A stretch of 64,000 nt of DNA from Octopus vulgaris (taxonomy: Eukaryota). Where the stretch lies: contig OX597821.1 in NCBI GenBank assembly GCA_951406725.2, forward strand, positions 73,594,001 through 73,658,000. Direction: 5' to 3'. A program made the position numbers and the translations under genes. Shown piece after piece: positions 42,621 through 55,877 of this stretch (position 1 is the first letter of the stretch; each line of letters starts with the position of its first letter). The notes beneath the pieces were generated by a model, which was given only the letters and a program-made list of their open reading frames with translations, was not told the origin of the DNA and made no database searches.

Positions 42621-43564
42621 ATTATATATAGATAATTGTTTCTAATATAAGTACAAGATCTGGAAGTTTTAGGAGGAAGAGATAATCGACACCAACGATC
42701 AAGGCGGTGCCCCGGCATGGCCGCAGACCACTGACTGAAATAAGTAAAAGATAAAAGATGATCTCATCACTGTTACAATTGAAGTTAATGTTGACCTCTG
42801 TAGAGTTTGAAATCAGAGCATAAAGAGCTGGAACATGCACTGTAAAAGGTCTATTACGGCGCTCATTTGAAGGACCGAAAGACATTGAAGAATTATTTGA
42901 GGAAATGGCGTAGAATCATTGATTCCGGGTGAAATTACGTTTAATCGAGACTCGACGGTAAACTGAAATCGATTTCATCTTAACTGCCGGTTACCTGGAC
43001 ACGACTTCAAGTTAAGGGTAGGTAACCCGAAATCATGTTCAATTAACAGGAAGGTAAGATGTAGATAGGAAATTTGAAATCACAACATCGGCCTAGCTTG
43101 TTTCTTTAACTCTAACCTCATTGCGTAGCTCTGTGTCGTTCATTTTAATTTTGAATCTTAGAACCATCTCACTTTCACAGGCCAGATCGGATTGTTTTGA
43201 AAATCTTTACACATATGTAGGTGGCGATTTCAGGAAGTCTCTATTGCTGGCGTCAATGATTGGTTTATATTAGCATAGTCCTAGTACGTTGCTATGGAAT
43301 GGTAATTTTTGACTTCCGGTGTGTCAAGATTGGTTGCATCTGATTGACTGATATTCCGAAAACATTCAACCATAAGAGACTCAAAATTCTTTTTCTTAGA
43401 AAAAGGGTTATGATGTTTGAAGATGACATGAACAACTAAACCTGAGTAAGAAAAATACCATTTCCGGTGCATCAGAACGAAGAAAGATCCCTCGGATTAT
43501 TTTGCTTGTGCTGTATTGTTCTGTGTATTGACGCGGAATATCAATTGAAAATTACACATACATG

Positions 43565-43606
<42 letters not shown>

Positions 43607-43865
43607 ACATCACACCACCCCGCACACACTAGCACTGACCACATCCCAGCACCTACACCATCATCCACACACCTACACACACGCACACGTCAAGGTCATT
43701 AGCCCCCATCCATACGCACGCGCACCTTCGTTTTGGGATCACCACTACTTTATTATCTCCCCTTCTTCTTAGCACTCCTGTGTGACCCCTCTGTCCGGCA
43801 TTCGCCATGATAGATCGTTAGCCACTAAACCTTTTTCTATTTTCTCCCCTTGTTTATATCTATTC

Positions 43866-43901
43866 CTTTTTGTCGAAGAGCGTAGGTTCGAAACGTAAAA
43901 G
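43866..43901 (+). ncRNA. Decayed hammerhead-like motif in an element (43604-43995) inserted in (TA)n
   Basis: CUUU / UUGUCGA-A / GAGC-GUAG-GUUC / GAAA / C-GUA / AAAG. The downstream cccgagcgt.aaactaataca block is shared with 26020-26040. Confidence 0.45.
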
Positions 43902-43991
43902 ACTTTCTCACTTCCCGAGCGTTAAACTAATACATCTGTTTGTTGTTTACACGGCCGTCTTCGTCGTTTGTTTTTTTTGTAAATTCTCACA

Positions 43992-44052
<61 letters not shown>

Positions 44053-44275
44053 TACCTTAGCTCACTCCAGTCCATCAAATCGATGTTACCTGAACAGGTG
44101 CACCACTGTGTACCTTACGTCAGGTGTCGAAGAAATTGCAGATCAACGCGAGATGAAATGTTTTGCTTAAGAAAACAACGCACCACGCCCGGGCTAGGAA
44201 TCGAAACCACAATTTCAGAATCGTGAGTGCAACATCTTAGTCACTAGGTCCTGTGGTCCTCAACACACACACACA

Positions 44276-44382
<107 letters not shown>

Positions 44383-44697
44383 TTTATGTCGAAGGCATAC
44401 GAAGGGTATATTCAACACATGTTTTAGAGAATATGGCTTTTTATATGGAAACTAAAACAGGGGTTGTCTCCTGACTCGAGTGTTCCGCCATTACGATCTT
44501 CAGGTTTCGCTCGTATAGCAAGACAAACACACAACTTGCTTTAATAAATATCCATATATACACACGCATATATTGTTTATACTACACACACACACACATA
44601 CATATATGCGTATATGTCTATATACGTATTTATATGCATAAATATATGTACACTCATGCATATATATATATATATATGTGCGTTGTGCATATGTATG

Positions 44698-44745
<48 letters not shown>

Positions 44746-45668
44746 GGAATGATTTTTGTGTATGAACGTAAACACTGTATATTTTATGCTTTTCTCTACA
44801 GAAGGAACAGAATTTTGATAATTACACCATTTCTTTCGCTGTTTCGGCATTCATTACCAACACTTCACGACCTGCCAACTTGAGTCTTCGTTACAGTTTT
44901 ATCTTTGCTACAGTCTGCGTTTGCACATTTATTTTAAAGAAAACTCTTTTTCTACATATATTGCCGCATTAATAATTTCCAATAACCAAAAAAAGAAAAA
45001 ACAAACAAAACAAAAAATAAAAACAAAACAAACAGAAAACGAAAAGTAAAAAAAAAAAGATATAAAGAATTTAGTTTTCGAAGGAACTTTTAAAGACAAA
45101 AAAACAAAAAATCCAGAAAAAATAGAAAAAGAAAAAAAAAAGAAAAGAAAAGAAGGGAAAATGTTAAAGCTAGGTTGTTATTATCAAATTGAAGCTGTAG
45201 GCCAAAACTGAAGATTTTCGAATTTTCAATTCCCATTGGTTTGGCGGAGTCTGTCAATGTATCGTTTGGATGTTGTCTCTTAGTTGATAGACCGTGACAT
45301 AGGACCTGATAATAACACCTCCATACATATGGATAAACGCCACCAGAGTGAAACAAACAAAAACAAACAAACGACAAGAACAACAGCAACGACTGCAAAA
45401 ACGACAACAACAACAATAAAATTCATAACAACATCAATAATAATAATGATGATAATAATAATAATAATAATGATAATAATAATAATAATGTGGAAAGTAA
45501 AAAGAAAAACTAAATTGGCGAGTGTTTTGCATTTTGGAGATGCTGAGTTGGTGGTTCTAAGTGTTTGGTAAATTATTATCTTCAACCATCTCACGCTATC
45601 TTTCCACTGTAAAAATACTAAAAGAAAACCAGAACCGAAGGCCCAGAAGTTAGATAAACAGGTGGAGA

Positions 45669-45729
<61 letters not shown>

Positions 45730-46578
45730 TGATGGAATGTATGAGTGTAAGAACGAATTTGTGCGTGAGTGGGTATATGTGTGTGAGAGAGTTAGCATGT
45801 GTGTGAGAAAGGAAGAGTTAATTTGTGCGGACGGGTTTGTGTGTGCTCGGTCGCGTGTCTTGGTGTGCATGTGTGTGTTCGTTTGCGTGTCTTTGTGTGC
45901 ATGTGCGTGTGAATATGTGTGTGATTGTTGATTGAAGCAGAAGTGGTTTATAAAAGGGAATGTGAGAGAAAGGAAGACAAAGGTGAGAAAAGGAGGGAAA
46001 GAAGAGAGGGAGAGCGAGAGGGAGGGAGAGAGAAAGAGAGAGAAAAAACGAGCGAAAGAGGAGTAAAAATCGAAGCAAAAAGCATCAATTCCAAAGAAAA
46101 ATGAAGACGATTTGGAATGTGGACATTAAAGAATTGAGATAATAAGATTACGAGATCGAAATATTCTGACGAATTATATTTTAATACAGGCCATCGATGT
46201 TTGAAAATGACTGACAAAATATTTTGGGAGGGAAAAGCAGTTCGGAACTGTGACCAAAAAATATAATGTTTTTTATTTCGTCTCCAGTTAGGGCTCACGG
46301 TGTCTCTGAATGGTCAAGAAAATTATTTTTGGTTGAGATTTTCTGCATAAACCACAGAGCTTACGTCTCTGAGTGGAACAGTGGAAATATGGAAGGCATT
46401 TCTAAAATTCGACGTGTAGTCAGCGCTGGGTGAATCATTATATAAAACAAGCAAGTGATTAAGACATCAAAGGAATAGGGAGGTACCACAGAAATGGTGA
46501 ATGGTTTACGGCACAAAAGAAATCACTTTAAACTTTTTCTTATAAATAATTTTTCCTAATATTTATTGTAGTTCTTAA

Positions 46579-46915
46579 GGTGGTGAGCTGGCAGAATCGT
46601 TAGCACGCCGGGCGGAATGCTACGTTCTGAGTTCAAATTCCGCCGACGTCGACTTTACTTTTCATCTTTTCGAGGTCGATAAATTAAGAACCAGTTACGC
46701 ACTGGGGTCGATGCCATCGACTTAATCCGTTTGTCTGTCCTTGTTTGTCCTCTCTGTGTTTAGCCCGTTGTGGGTAGTAAAGAAATAGGTATTTCGTCTG
46801 CCGTTACGTTCTGAGTTCAAATTCCGCCGAGGTCAACTTTACCTTTCATCCATTCGGGGACGATAAAATAAGGAATAATCGACTTATTCCTTCCCCCAAA
46901 CTTCCTTTGAAACCA
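46579..46915 (+). mobile_element. SINE family A, nested/dimeric copy
   Basis: Same head and core as 33647. A second body starts at 46788. Confidence 0.85.
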
Positions 46916-47008
46916 ATATTTATTGCAGTTCTTGGGTGTGTGCCATATTCTAGGTTTTTCGAAGAATATGGGGGAAAATATATGTCGGAATGTGTGTTTA
47001 TATATGCA

Positions 47009-48095
47009 TTGGGTCATCCTATAAATAATGCGTTTTTTAAATACTTCTTTTCTTTTTCAAAATCAAGATAAACAAAGTTCTTTTTTTATCTAAAACATAC
47101 TCTCTTCCATTTTCTACATCTGGTAGGCTTACAAGGCCCCTCTTCCAAAATTCACTTGTCTGTGACGAAAAATACTCCTCCGCTACTGTTTGGCTTCGTC
47201 TACAGAATTCATATTTTTTCCGTCCAAATGATTCTGAAGACTGCAGAATAAATGATAATCAGATGGGGCAATGTCCGGCGAATGTCATCCTCGCTGTACG
47301 TGGCCGAGCATTATCCTGATGGAAGAACACCTTTCGTCTTGAAACCAAAGATGATCCTTTTTCTTTTAACGCTAACTTAAACCGCTCAAGTTACTCTCAG
47401 TAGATCTCCTTTGTTATCGTTTGATTTGGGTTTAAAAGTTCAAAGTGGCTAAACATATCTGACCAAACCATACATGGAAGACCTTGTTCAGCCTGAAGTG
47501 ACAGCAAAGAAGAGCACGCATTCACTCTCTGCGTGCGATTAGATTCGGAAAGTTTGTGAGGAACCCATTGACCCAATTTGCCGATTTTTCCGAAGGCACG
47601 CAAGTGTCGATGAATAGTTGAATGTTCAAATCCAAGCTTCTCTGCTAGTTCCTCAACAGTCATGATGGGATTTTGCTCCACCAGAGTTTGCAGGATGTCT
47701 TCGTCGAGAGCTACAGATCTTTTAGGACGAGACTCGTCTTCTAGGTTGTAGTTTCGGGCTCGGAATTTTTGGAACTGCCGCTGACACTGGCTTACGCTTA
47801 TTGTCCGATTCTCATATACTGCATTAATATTCCTCACACTTTCCGTTGCGTTGTTGCCATTATTAAACTCATAAAACAAAATATGCCGAATGTGCTTCTT
47901 TATCACTTCCATTATAGCTTTGAAAAAATAGCTGTTAAAACTGAATTGCACTCTTTAAAACTTGCACTAAGAATAAGGACAAGCTAAAATTACTACCTGG
48001 TTTTATAGCATATTGATGCAGGTAGTTTATCCCGTTCCCCTCCGACTTTTAGTTCATGCAATTGAAAAAACCGCATTATTTATAAGATGACCCAA
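47009..48095 (-). mobile_element. Second mariner element (different family), internally deleted
   Basis: TIRs TTGGGTCATCCTATAAATAATGCG (from 47009) and CGCATTATTTATAAGATGACCCAA (to 48095), followed by TA. The left TA has mutated to CA. Confidence 0.92.
47080..47912 (-). pseudogene. Mariner transposase pseudogene
   Basis: MEVIKKHIRHILFYEF...WVPHKL in ORF 47397-47951. Downstream frames give FFHQDNARP and SPDIAPSDYHLF. The first catalytic-D block (TGDEKW) is deleted, and there are stops and frameshifts. Confidence 0.9.
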
Positions 48096-48171
48096 TATAC
48101 ATACATACATACATACAAACATACATACATACAAACATACGTATAAATCTCTTCTCTCTCCCTTCCTATAT

Positions 48172-48261
<90 letters not shown>

Positions 48262-48467
48262 GAGAGGGAGAGGGAGAGAGAGAAAGACTGTTAATAGTAA
48301 ATAGGTAATGACCTACTCTGTTATATGGAAATAAGTACATAAAGATAAAAGGTTGAAAATATCAACGAGTGTGAAGTGAAATCGGGAGTGCTTGTTAGAA
48401 GTGGGTTAAAACTGAAGAGGGAAATAGAGAAAGTACATGCTCACGATTATCACGTGGTATCATGATT

Positions 48468-48790
48468 TCTAGTGTTTCAGGAAGTATTTGTCAATGTGAT
48501 GACATTTAGTGAATCTCTCTGACCCGACATTTAGACAGATTTTAGATTTATTTAGGTTTTTGAGTATGACGCTCCTAAGCTATGCATAATTTCTTGTTCA
48601 TTTTCTGTATGATCTGCAATTGTCGGCTATCTTCTTCTTGTTGAAATCAGACGCATGCTCCTTTAAACTCCTGATACAAATGGATAGTTTGATTGGGTTT
48701 CTGTCTTGTTTTTATGTTTCTGAAGAAAGGGATATGCTGAAGTTTCGTTTAAATTTTGCTTCCACAATATCTACATATTTACCAATTTTA
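48468..48790 (-). pseudogene. Penelope-like element GIY-YIG endonuclease C-terminal relic
   Basis: Hand translation across frameshifts gives KYVDIVEAKFKR (YIG..E..FK.R-like), TQSKLSICIRSLKEHASDFN..IADNCRSY (T.LSK.IW.LK-like) and LNVGSERFTKCHHIDKYFL* (LNKRSE..KCRH..K-like). Confidence 0.6.
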
Positions 48791-48881
48791 TGAGATACCA
48801 ACAAAAAATATTATTTACATCATTTACATTTGACGGATATTTGTCCTCATCTTGTTTGTTGTTAACGCACCGTTTCCCCAA

Positions 48882-48927
48882 GACACCCGATGAAGGCTGG
48901 AAGGTATATCGGCCAAAACGTTGTGTT
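48882..48927 (+). ncRNA. Degenerate minimal hammerhead
   Basis: GACAC / CCGAUGA-A / GGCUGG..UCGGCC / AAAA (G12A) / C-GUU / GUGUU. An inverted partial copy at 48853-48876 keeps GAAAC. Confidence 0.65.
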
Positions 48928-49689
48928 AACAACGAACAGTGCTATTGCTATTGCGATTTCGGTCGTTACTTACGTTGTTGCTACCGTTGTATGGGGGCAC
49001 GTATTTCCGCTTCCAACTTTCAACAGGAAAGTGGAAAATTGTTGCTTGTAAATTTGAATGAGGAGGTTCTTCAACTTCCTCTGTAATTCTTGTCCCGTCA
49101 TCCCATCTTTTCATCACTCGACGTTATTTTAAAGATTCATCAGTTTTTGAAATATCTGTGAACAATATCGTAGTTAAATTGTTGTGGCGCCATAAGTGAG
49201 CGAAAAATGGAAGGGCCGCTCCACTTTCTTCTTACTTACATCGGCAACAACAATACGTACAACAAAATGTTTATTAAAACATCCTAAGCGAGTAAATAAG
49301 CCGCAAATCATTACAAAGGTATGAGGCAAAATGTGGGGCGGCGGGGTGGGGGAAGAGGACAGTCGAATACATCAACCCCAGTATTTGACTGGTACTTACT
49401 TTATCGACCCAGAATGGATGATAGGCAAAGTGGACCTCGGCGGATTTTGAACTCAGAACGTGAAGACGAACGAGTGCTGCTAAGCATTTTGCCCGACGTG
49501 GTAACGATTCTGCTAGCTCGTCGATAATAATAATGATAGTAGTAGTAGTAGTAGTATTAGTAGTAGAAGCATCAGTAGTAGTAGTAAAATCCAGAATAAC
49601 AGCTCATACTTCCACTGTTTACATTTAATCGTGTTCGCTAAGGAGTGTTTTACATTTCCCATCTCTTATTTGTTTTTACCCACTATTTG

Positions 49690-49710
49690 ATATATGTATA
49701 TACATGCATG

Positions 49711-49749
<39 letters not shown>

Positions 49750-49939
49750 ACACACATATATATATATATGCATACATATATATATATATACATATATACA
49801 TACACATATATATATACATATATACATACACATGTATATATACATACATATACATACATATATACATATATATATACATATATACATACACATGTATATA
49901 TACATACATACACATACATATATATACATATATACATAC

Positions 49940-49970
<31 letters not shown>

Positions 49971-50158
49971 CATACATATATATACATATGTACATATACA
50001 TACATATATACATATACATATATATATATATACATATATACATATACATACATATATACATATATACATATACATACATATATACATATATATATACATA
50101 CATATATATATATATACATATATACATACACATGTGTATATACATACATATACATATA
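49690..50158. repeat. (CA)n/(TACA)n/(TA)n compound microsatellite
   Basis: Direct inspection. Confidence 0.95.
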
Positions 50159-50323
50159 GGCGCAGGTGTGGCTGTGTGGTAAGTGGCTAGTTTACCAACC
50201 ACATGGTTCCGGGTTCAGTCCCACTGCGTGGCACCTTGGGCAAGTGTCTTCTACTATAGCCTCGGGCCGACCAAAGCCTTGTGAGAGGATTTGGGAGACG
50301 GAAACTGAAAGAAGCCCGTCGTA

Positions 50324-50387
<64 letters not shown>

Positions 50388-50405
50388 CGCTCAGGAAATG
50401 GAAGC

Positions 50406-50440
<35 letters not shown>

Positions 50441-50653
50441 TGTGTGTGTTTGTGTGTCTGTGTTTGTCCCCCCAACATCGCTTGACAACCGATGCTGGTG
50501 TGTTTACGTCCCCGTCACCTAGCGGTTCGGCAAAAGAGACCGATAGAATAAGTACTGGGCTTACAAAGAATAAGTCCCGGGGTCGATTTGCTCGACTAAA
50601 GGCGGTGCTCCAGCATGGCCGCAGTCAAAAGGACTGAAAAGAGTAGAAGAGTA
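50159..50653 (+). mobile_element. tRNA-derived SINE family B, full length, with internal (TA)n/(GT)n
   Basis: Head GGCGCAGG.GTGGCTGTGTGGTAAG..GGTTCAGTCCC, then ACCTTGGGCAAGT (CORE-like), internal microsatellite, and tail GCATGGCCGCAGTCAAA..ACTGAAA..AGAGTA. Confidence 0.88.
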
Positions 50654-50835
50654 ATACATATACACATATACATACATATATATATATACATATACATATA
50701 CATATACATATATATATACATATATATACATATACATACATATATACATATACATATATATACATATACATATATATATACATATACATATACATATATA
50801 TACATATACATATATATATATACATATACATATAC

Positions 50836-50866
<31 letters not shown>

Positions 50867-50869
<3 letters not shown>

Positions 50870-51208
50870 TATTGGTGAATTCTGTTTTTGTTTTTTCCAA
50901 CGGATTTCCTATTTCTTCCTGAAGAGAAAGACACAATATGGTCCCATTATTCAATCGGATTTTGGTAAATTGTGCCTTTCGAAACACGTGTAGAATGAAA
51001 TAAAACGATTTCTGTTCAATCTGCGTTCAGCTCCATTTCTTCAATTCACCAATAATATTTTAATTTCAATTATCCGCACCAACGCACGGTTGCAACACCA
51101 TATGGTTGTACCTCCAACCGTGCTGTTTACTGCTGTGATTTTTGCTACCAAGGTATCGGTTAAACTTTTGATTAATCTACTACAAGATTATTCATCTTTC
51201 TATTTCAC

Positions 51209-51215
<7 letters not shown>
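50867..51215 (+). mobile_element. Short hammerhead-bearing insert in a TA-rich tract
   Basis: Non-repetitive island between TA arrays. 15-bp inverted repeat TATTATTGGTGAATT / AATTCACCAATAATA brackets the ribozyme. Confidence 0.6.
50910..51002 (+). ncRNA. Type I hammerhead ribozyme, intact core
   Basis: UAUUUCUUC / CUGAAGA / GAAAGACACAAU..AUUGUGCCUUUC (11 of 12 bp) / GAAA / C-ACGU-G / UA / GAAUGAAAUA. Predicted cleavage after GUA at 50992. Confidence 0.85.
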
Positions 51216-51268
<53 letters not shown>

Positions 51269-51269
51269 C

Positions 51270-51303
<34 letters not shown>

Positions 51304-51744
51304 ACATATACATATACATATATATACATATACATATACATATATATACATATATATATATATATACATATATACATATATATATAAATACATATATATA
51401 TGCATATATACATAAATATATATACATACATACATATATATATAAATACATATATATATGCATATATACATAAATATATATACATACATACATACACATA
51501 TATATATATATATATATATACATACGTATATATATATATACATATATACGTACATATATTTATATACATATATATATATATGTATATATATATATGTATG
51601 TATATATGTATATATATGTATGTGTATGTATGTATATATACATGTGTATGTATATATGTATATATATATGTATATATGTATGTATATGTATGTATATATA
51701 CATGTGTATGTATATATGTATATATATATGTGTATGTATATATG

Positions 51745-51799
<55 letters not shown>

Positions 51800-51965
51800 A
51801 TGCATGCATGTATATACATATATCAAATATATGTATATATATATACATATATACGTACATATATTTATATACATATATATACATACATATATTTATATAC
51901 ATATATATACATACATATATTTATATACATATATACATACATATATGTATATGTATTACATACAT
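51215..51965. repeat. (TA)n-rich compound microsatellite
   Basis: Direct inspection. Confidence 0.95.
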
Positions 51966-52123
51966 GCGTACCCAAACACACACACTCCACACCAAAGTCC
52001 AGTATGACTCTGTTTTAGAGGACTTAGTGGAGAGAAAGAGAGAGAGAGAAGGAGAATGGACTCATTTAAAGTATTTAAATACATCTTATGTTTCCATCAT
52101 CATAATCCTCCTCCTCCACATTA

Positions 52124-52155
<32 letters not shown>

Positions 52156-52319
52156 GATGTTATTAAATCTATTTTCATTGTTCTTCTTTTACCCCCATTT
52201 CTGTTTTTTAAAACCAAATCTTTTCTTGCATTTGGGAACTGTATTATGTTTCTTACTCCATTATGTTGCACATGTCGGCAACAAATGTTTTGCCTGCAGA
52301 CTAAATAATACTAATCCTC

Positions 52320-52372
52320 ATACTACTGCCACTGCCACCACCACCACCACCACCACCACCACCACCACCACC

Positions 52373-52451
<79 letters not shown>

Positions 52452-52480
52452 ATAATAATAATAATAATAACAACAACGAT
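52320..52480. repeat. (CAC)n(TAC)n(TAA)n compound trinucleotide repeat
   Basis: Direct inspection. Confidence 0.95.
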
Positions 52481-52589
52481 GATAATGACGATGGTAATGG
52501 CGGTCATGCTTTAACAAAAACAAAAATAATAATAATAATAATGATAATATTAAAAGGTGACAAGGCAGTAACATGAGAAATAAATTAGA

Positions 52590-52782
52590 TTTTCTACTTT
52601 GTATTTATAGTAACTGGACTTTCTGCAGTGATCTGGAAAATAGTGAGGGTCGGCGAGCAGATGGAAATATAAATATGTGATTGACTAACAACCGATGGTA
52701 CAGAACGAAACGAAACAACACAAATAAAAACACGGGAAAAATAAAGAAATAACATTATATATACGTATACAATCATTCGTAC

Positions 52783-52783
<1 letters not shown>
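52590..52783 (+). repeat. ~194-bp direct duplication (second copy 54661-54854)
   Basis: One visible mismatch. Both copies run into (TA)n followed by TGTGGAT. Confidence 0.9.
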
Positions 52784-52867
<84 letters not shown>

Positions 52868-52870
52868 TAT

Positions 52871-52932
<62 letters not shown>

Positions 52933-52985
52933 GTATATATGTATATGTATATATATATGTATATATATATATATATATATGTTTT

Positions 52986-53045
<60 letters not shown>

Positions 53046-54405
53046 TATATATATATATGCATATATATATATATATAAATATAAATATATATAAATATAA
53101 ATATATATAAATATATATATATATATATAAATATAAATATATATAAATATAAATATATAAATATATATATATATATGTGGATACGTATGTATATATGTAT
53201 ATATACATGCTGTTATACACGCTGATGGTATTAAAAAGAAACTGCTGGAAAATTTCAAGCTGTGAGAAGAAAATAAGTATTGTGGAGTTAAAAAAAAAAG
53301 AGAAGCTTAGACAAATTTATAGATGAAGAAGGAAGAAAGAGAGAGGAGGAGGAGGGAGAGAAAGAGTGAGAGAGTGATGGTAGAAACAAAAATTAAAAAA
53401 ATTACAAGGATAAGGAGGTGGGGGAGTGGCGGATGTGCGATCGGGCTGGATTTTGGTGAATAGTGCGAAGAAAGAGAGAAACGACGAACAGTGTGAGATG
53501 ATGCAAAAACATTTTGAGTGTCGTTGCCATTTTCCGACATTAAATACTTCACACAGCTATTGAACACAGATTTACTTTCCTTTAACACTGAGAGTGTTCT
53601 TGTAAAAACGAAAACAAACAAACAAGCGAACAAATAGCCAAACTAAAACATCCACAACAACAACAACAACACAACAAAAAAGATCTGTATTCCGAAATAC
53701 GATAATGAATTCTCCCATCTGTGAAATTAGACTCATTACTCCAAGTTTCCAAGACAGTCATTCCATTGCACACAAGTTACACATTTAATACAGTTATTAG
53801 GCGTTACTTTTTTTTTGTCGCTCTTTCTTATGAAATTAAGCCCAGCTTGTAGCAGTTATTATTTTTATATTCTTCTTCTTCGAGAATTCTGAAAATTGCA
53901 TGTTCTCCGTCTGTCATTTATTTTCATTCAACTTGTTCACTGCCTTCATTCGCTTCCATCATGCATTTGCTCCGCTGTCCTTCATTTCTTTTTATTCACT
54001 TTTTATATTTATTTATATTTTTCGTTCGCTTTGCCTTCTCGTCTCCTGGCACATATTACACACACACACACACACACACATACACACACACACACATACA
54101 CACACACACACATACACACACACACACACACAGAGAATCGTACGCATACGAACAGACACACAAACAAATACTAGCACATACAGTAGCACAGACACACACA
54201 CACACACAGATGCACATTGACTCTGGTTCATACACATACATATATGCATGCTGACTCGCCCAACGAACAAGATGTGTCCAGTGTCTGGAGCAGAGCGAAA
54301 TTTCTTTTGAAATAGTTCTAACACGTGCAGCTACAACGTTTATACATACATAAGTACATACATATATACATTCAAGTGTGTGTGTGTGTGGGCACATACA
54401 TGTGT

Positions 54406-54542
54406 CAGATGCAGACCCAAAGTGGGGTTGACCCTGAGGGGTACGTGCCCCCTCCCAAGAAAAGATGTGGGCCCTTCTAAATAATGTTATTACGCCCCTT
54501 CTGACCTTGTGCCCTCCCTTCGAAAAATTCCTAGGACCGCGG

Positions 54543-54545
<3 letters not shown>
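54406..54545. mobile_element. Possible small GC-rich MITE
   Basis: Degenerate termini CAGATGCAGACCCA and TAGGACCGCGGCTG around a GC-rich island. No clear TSD. Confidence 0.35.
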
Positions 54546-54583
<38 letters not shown>

Positions 54584-54853
54584 CAAGCTCCAATTGTGCT
54601 TGGGATCCCCCTGAAACATGTCTAGTCGGATACGGACTTGAAACTGTTAACCAAACTATGTTTTCTACTTTGTATTTATAGTAACTGGACTTTCTGCAGT
54701 GATCTGGAAAATAGTGAGGGTCGGCGAGCAGATGGAAATATAAATATGTGATTGACTAACAACCGATGGTACAGAACGAAACGAAACAACACAAATAAAA
54801 ACACGGGAAAAATAAAGAAATAACATTATGTATACGTATACAATCATTCGTAC

Positions 54854-54912
<59 letters not shown>

Positions 54913-54974
54913 GATGTATGTATATATGTTATATAATATAATACAGTATAATACCACAGTATCGACCTAATAAT

Positions 54975-55210
54975 CAGACGCTGTTGTAAATCGCTAGTCA
55001 CAATGCGCTTCAAATTATTTCCTGATTGTGTTTTCCATCTTAATACAAACCATCCAATTAAATCGTTTTCCCATCGTCGTGGAGGCCTTCCAAGTGGCCT
55101 TTCTGGGTCCAGCTGGTATCTGTAGTTTCACGACATGTCCCGTCCAGTGGAACTTGTGGTTTTGGTATTCTACAATCACATTGTTCACTCCGCTCCGTTC
55201 GCGAACTATA
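54975..55210 (-). mobile_element. RTE-clade LINE 3' fragment
   Basis: Minus-strand translation IVRERSGVNNVIVEYQNHKFHWTGHVVKL..RPLGRPPRRW is paralogous to 30420-30752. Confidence 0.7.
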
Positions 55211-55263
55211 TGACTATATATAGTTCATAGATGAACTATATGACCTCGCACGAGGTCATAATG

Positions 55264-55326
<63 letters not shown>

Positions 55327-55327
<1 letters not shown>

Positions 55328-55704
55328 GCGCAGGAGTGACTGTGTGGTAAGCAGCTTGCTTACCAACCACATGGTTCCGGGTTTAGTCTCACTGCGTGGC
55401 ACCTTGGGCAAGTGTCTTCTACTATAGCTTCGGGCCAGCCAAAGCCTTGTGAGTGGATTTGGTAGACGGAAACTGAAAGAAGCCCGTCGTGTATATGTAT
55501 GTGTGTGTGTATGTTTGTGTGACTGTGTTTGTGCCCCCACCATCGCGTGACAACAGATGCTGGTGTATTCACAGCCCCGTAACTTAGCGGTTCGGCAAAA
55601 CCGACCGATAGAAAAAGTACTAGACTTGCAAAGAATAAGTCCTGGGGTCGATTTGTTCGACAATAGGCGATCAAATGACTGAAACAAGTGAAAGAATAAA
55701 AGAA

Positions 55705-55705
<1 letters not shown>
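55327..55705 (+). mobile_element. SINE family B
   Basis: Collinear with 50159-50653. Confidence 0.85.
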
Positions 55706-55750
<45 letters not shown>

Positions 55751-55842
55751 AAATGACGAAGAACAAACACAAAAGAAACAACAATGCCAGGATGTGGTAC
55801 ATGTATCGTATTAGCAGACGCTCAGTGAAAGAAAGAAAGGTG

Positions 55843-55877
55843 GTTTAATGTTTCGAGCAAAGCTCTTCTTCAGAAAC
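55843..55877 (-). ncRNA. Minimal hammerhead with loopless stem III
   Basis: GUUU / CUGAAGA-A / GAGC-UUU-GCUC / GAAA / C-AUU / AAAC. The C-A mismatch fits CpG decay of GAAACGUU. Confidence 0.6.
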
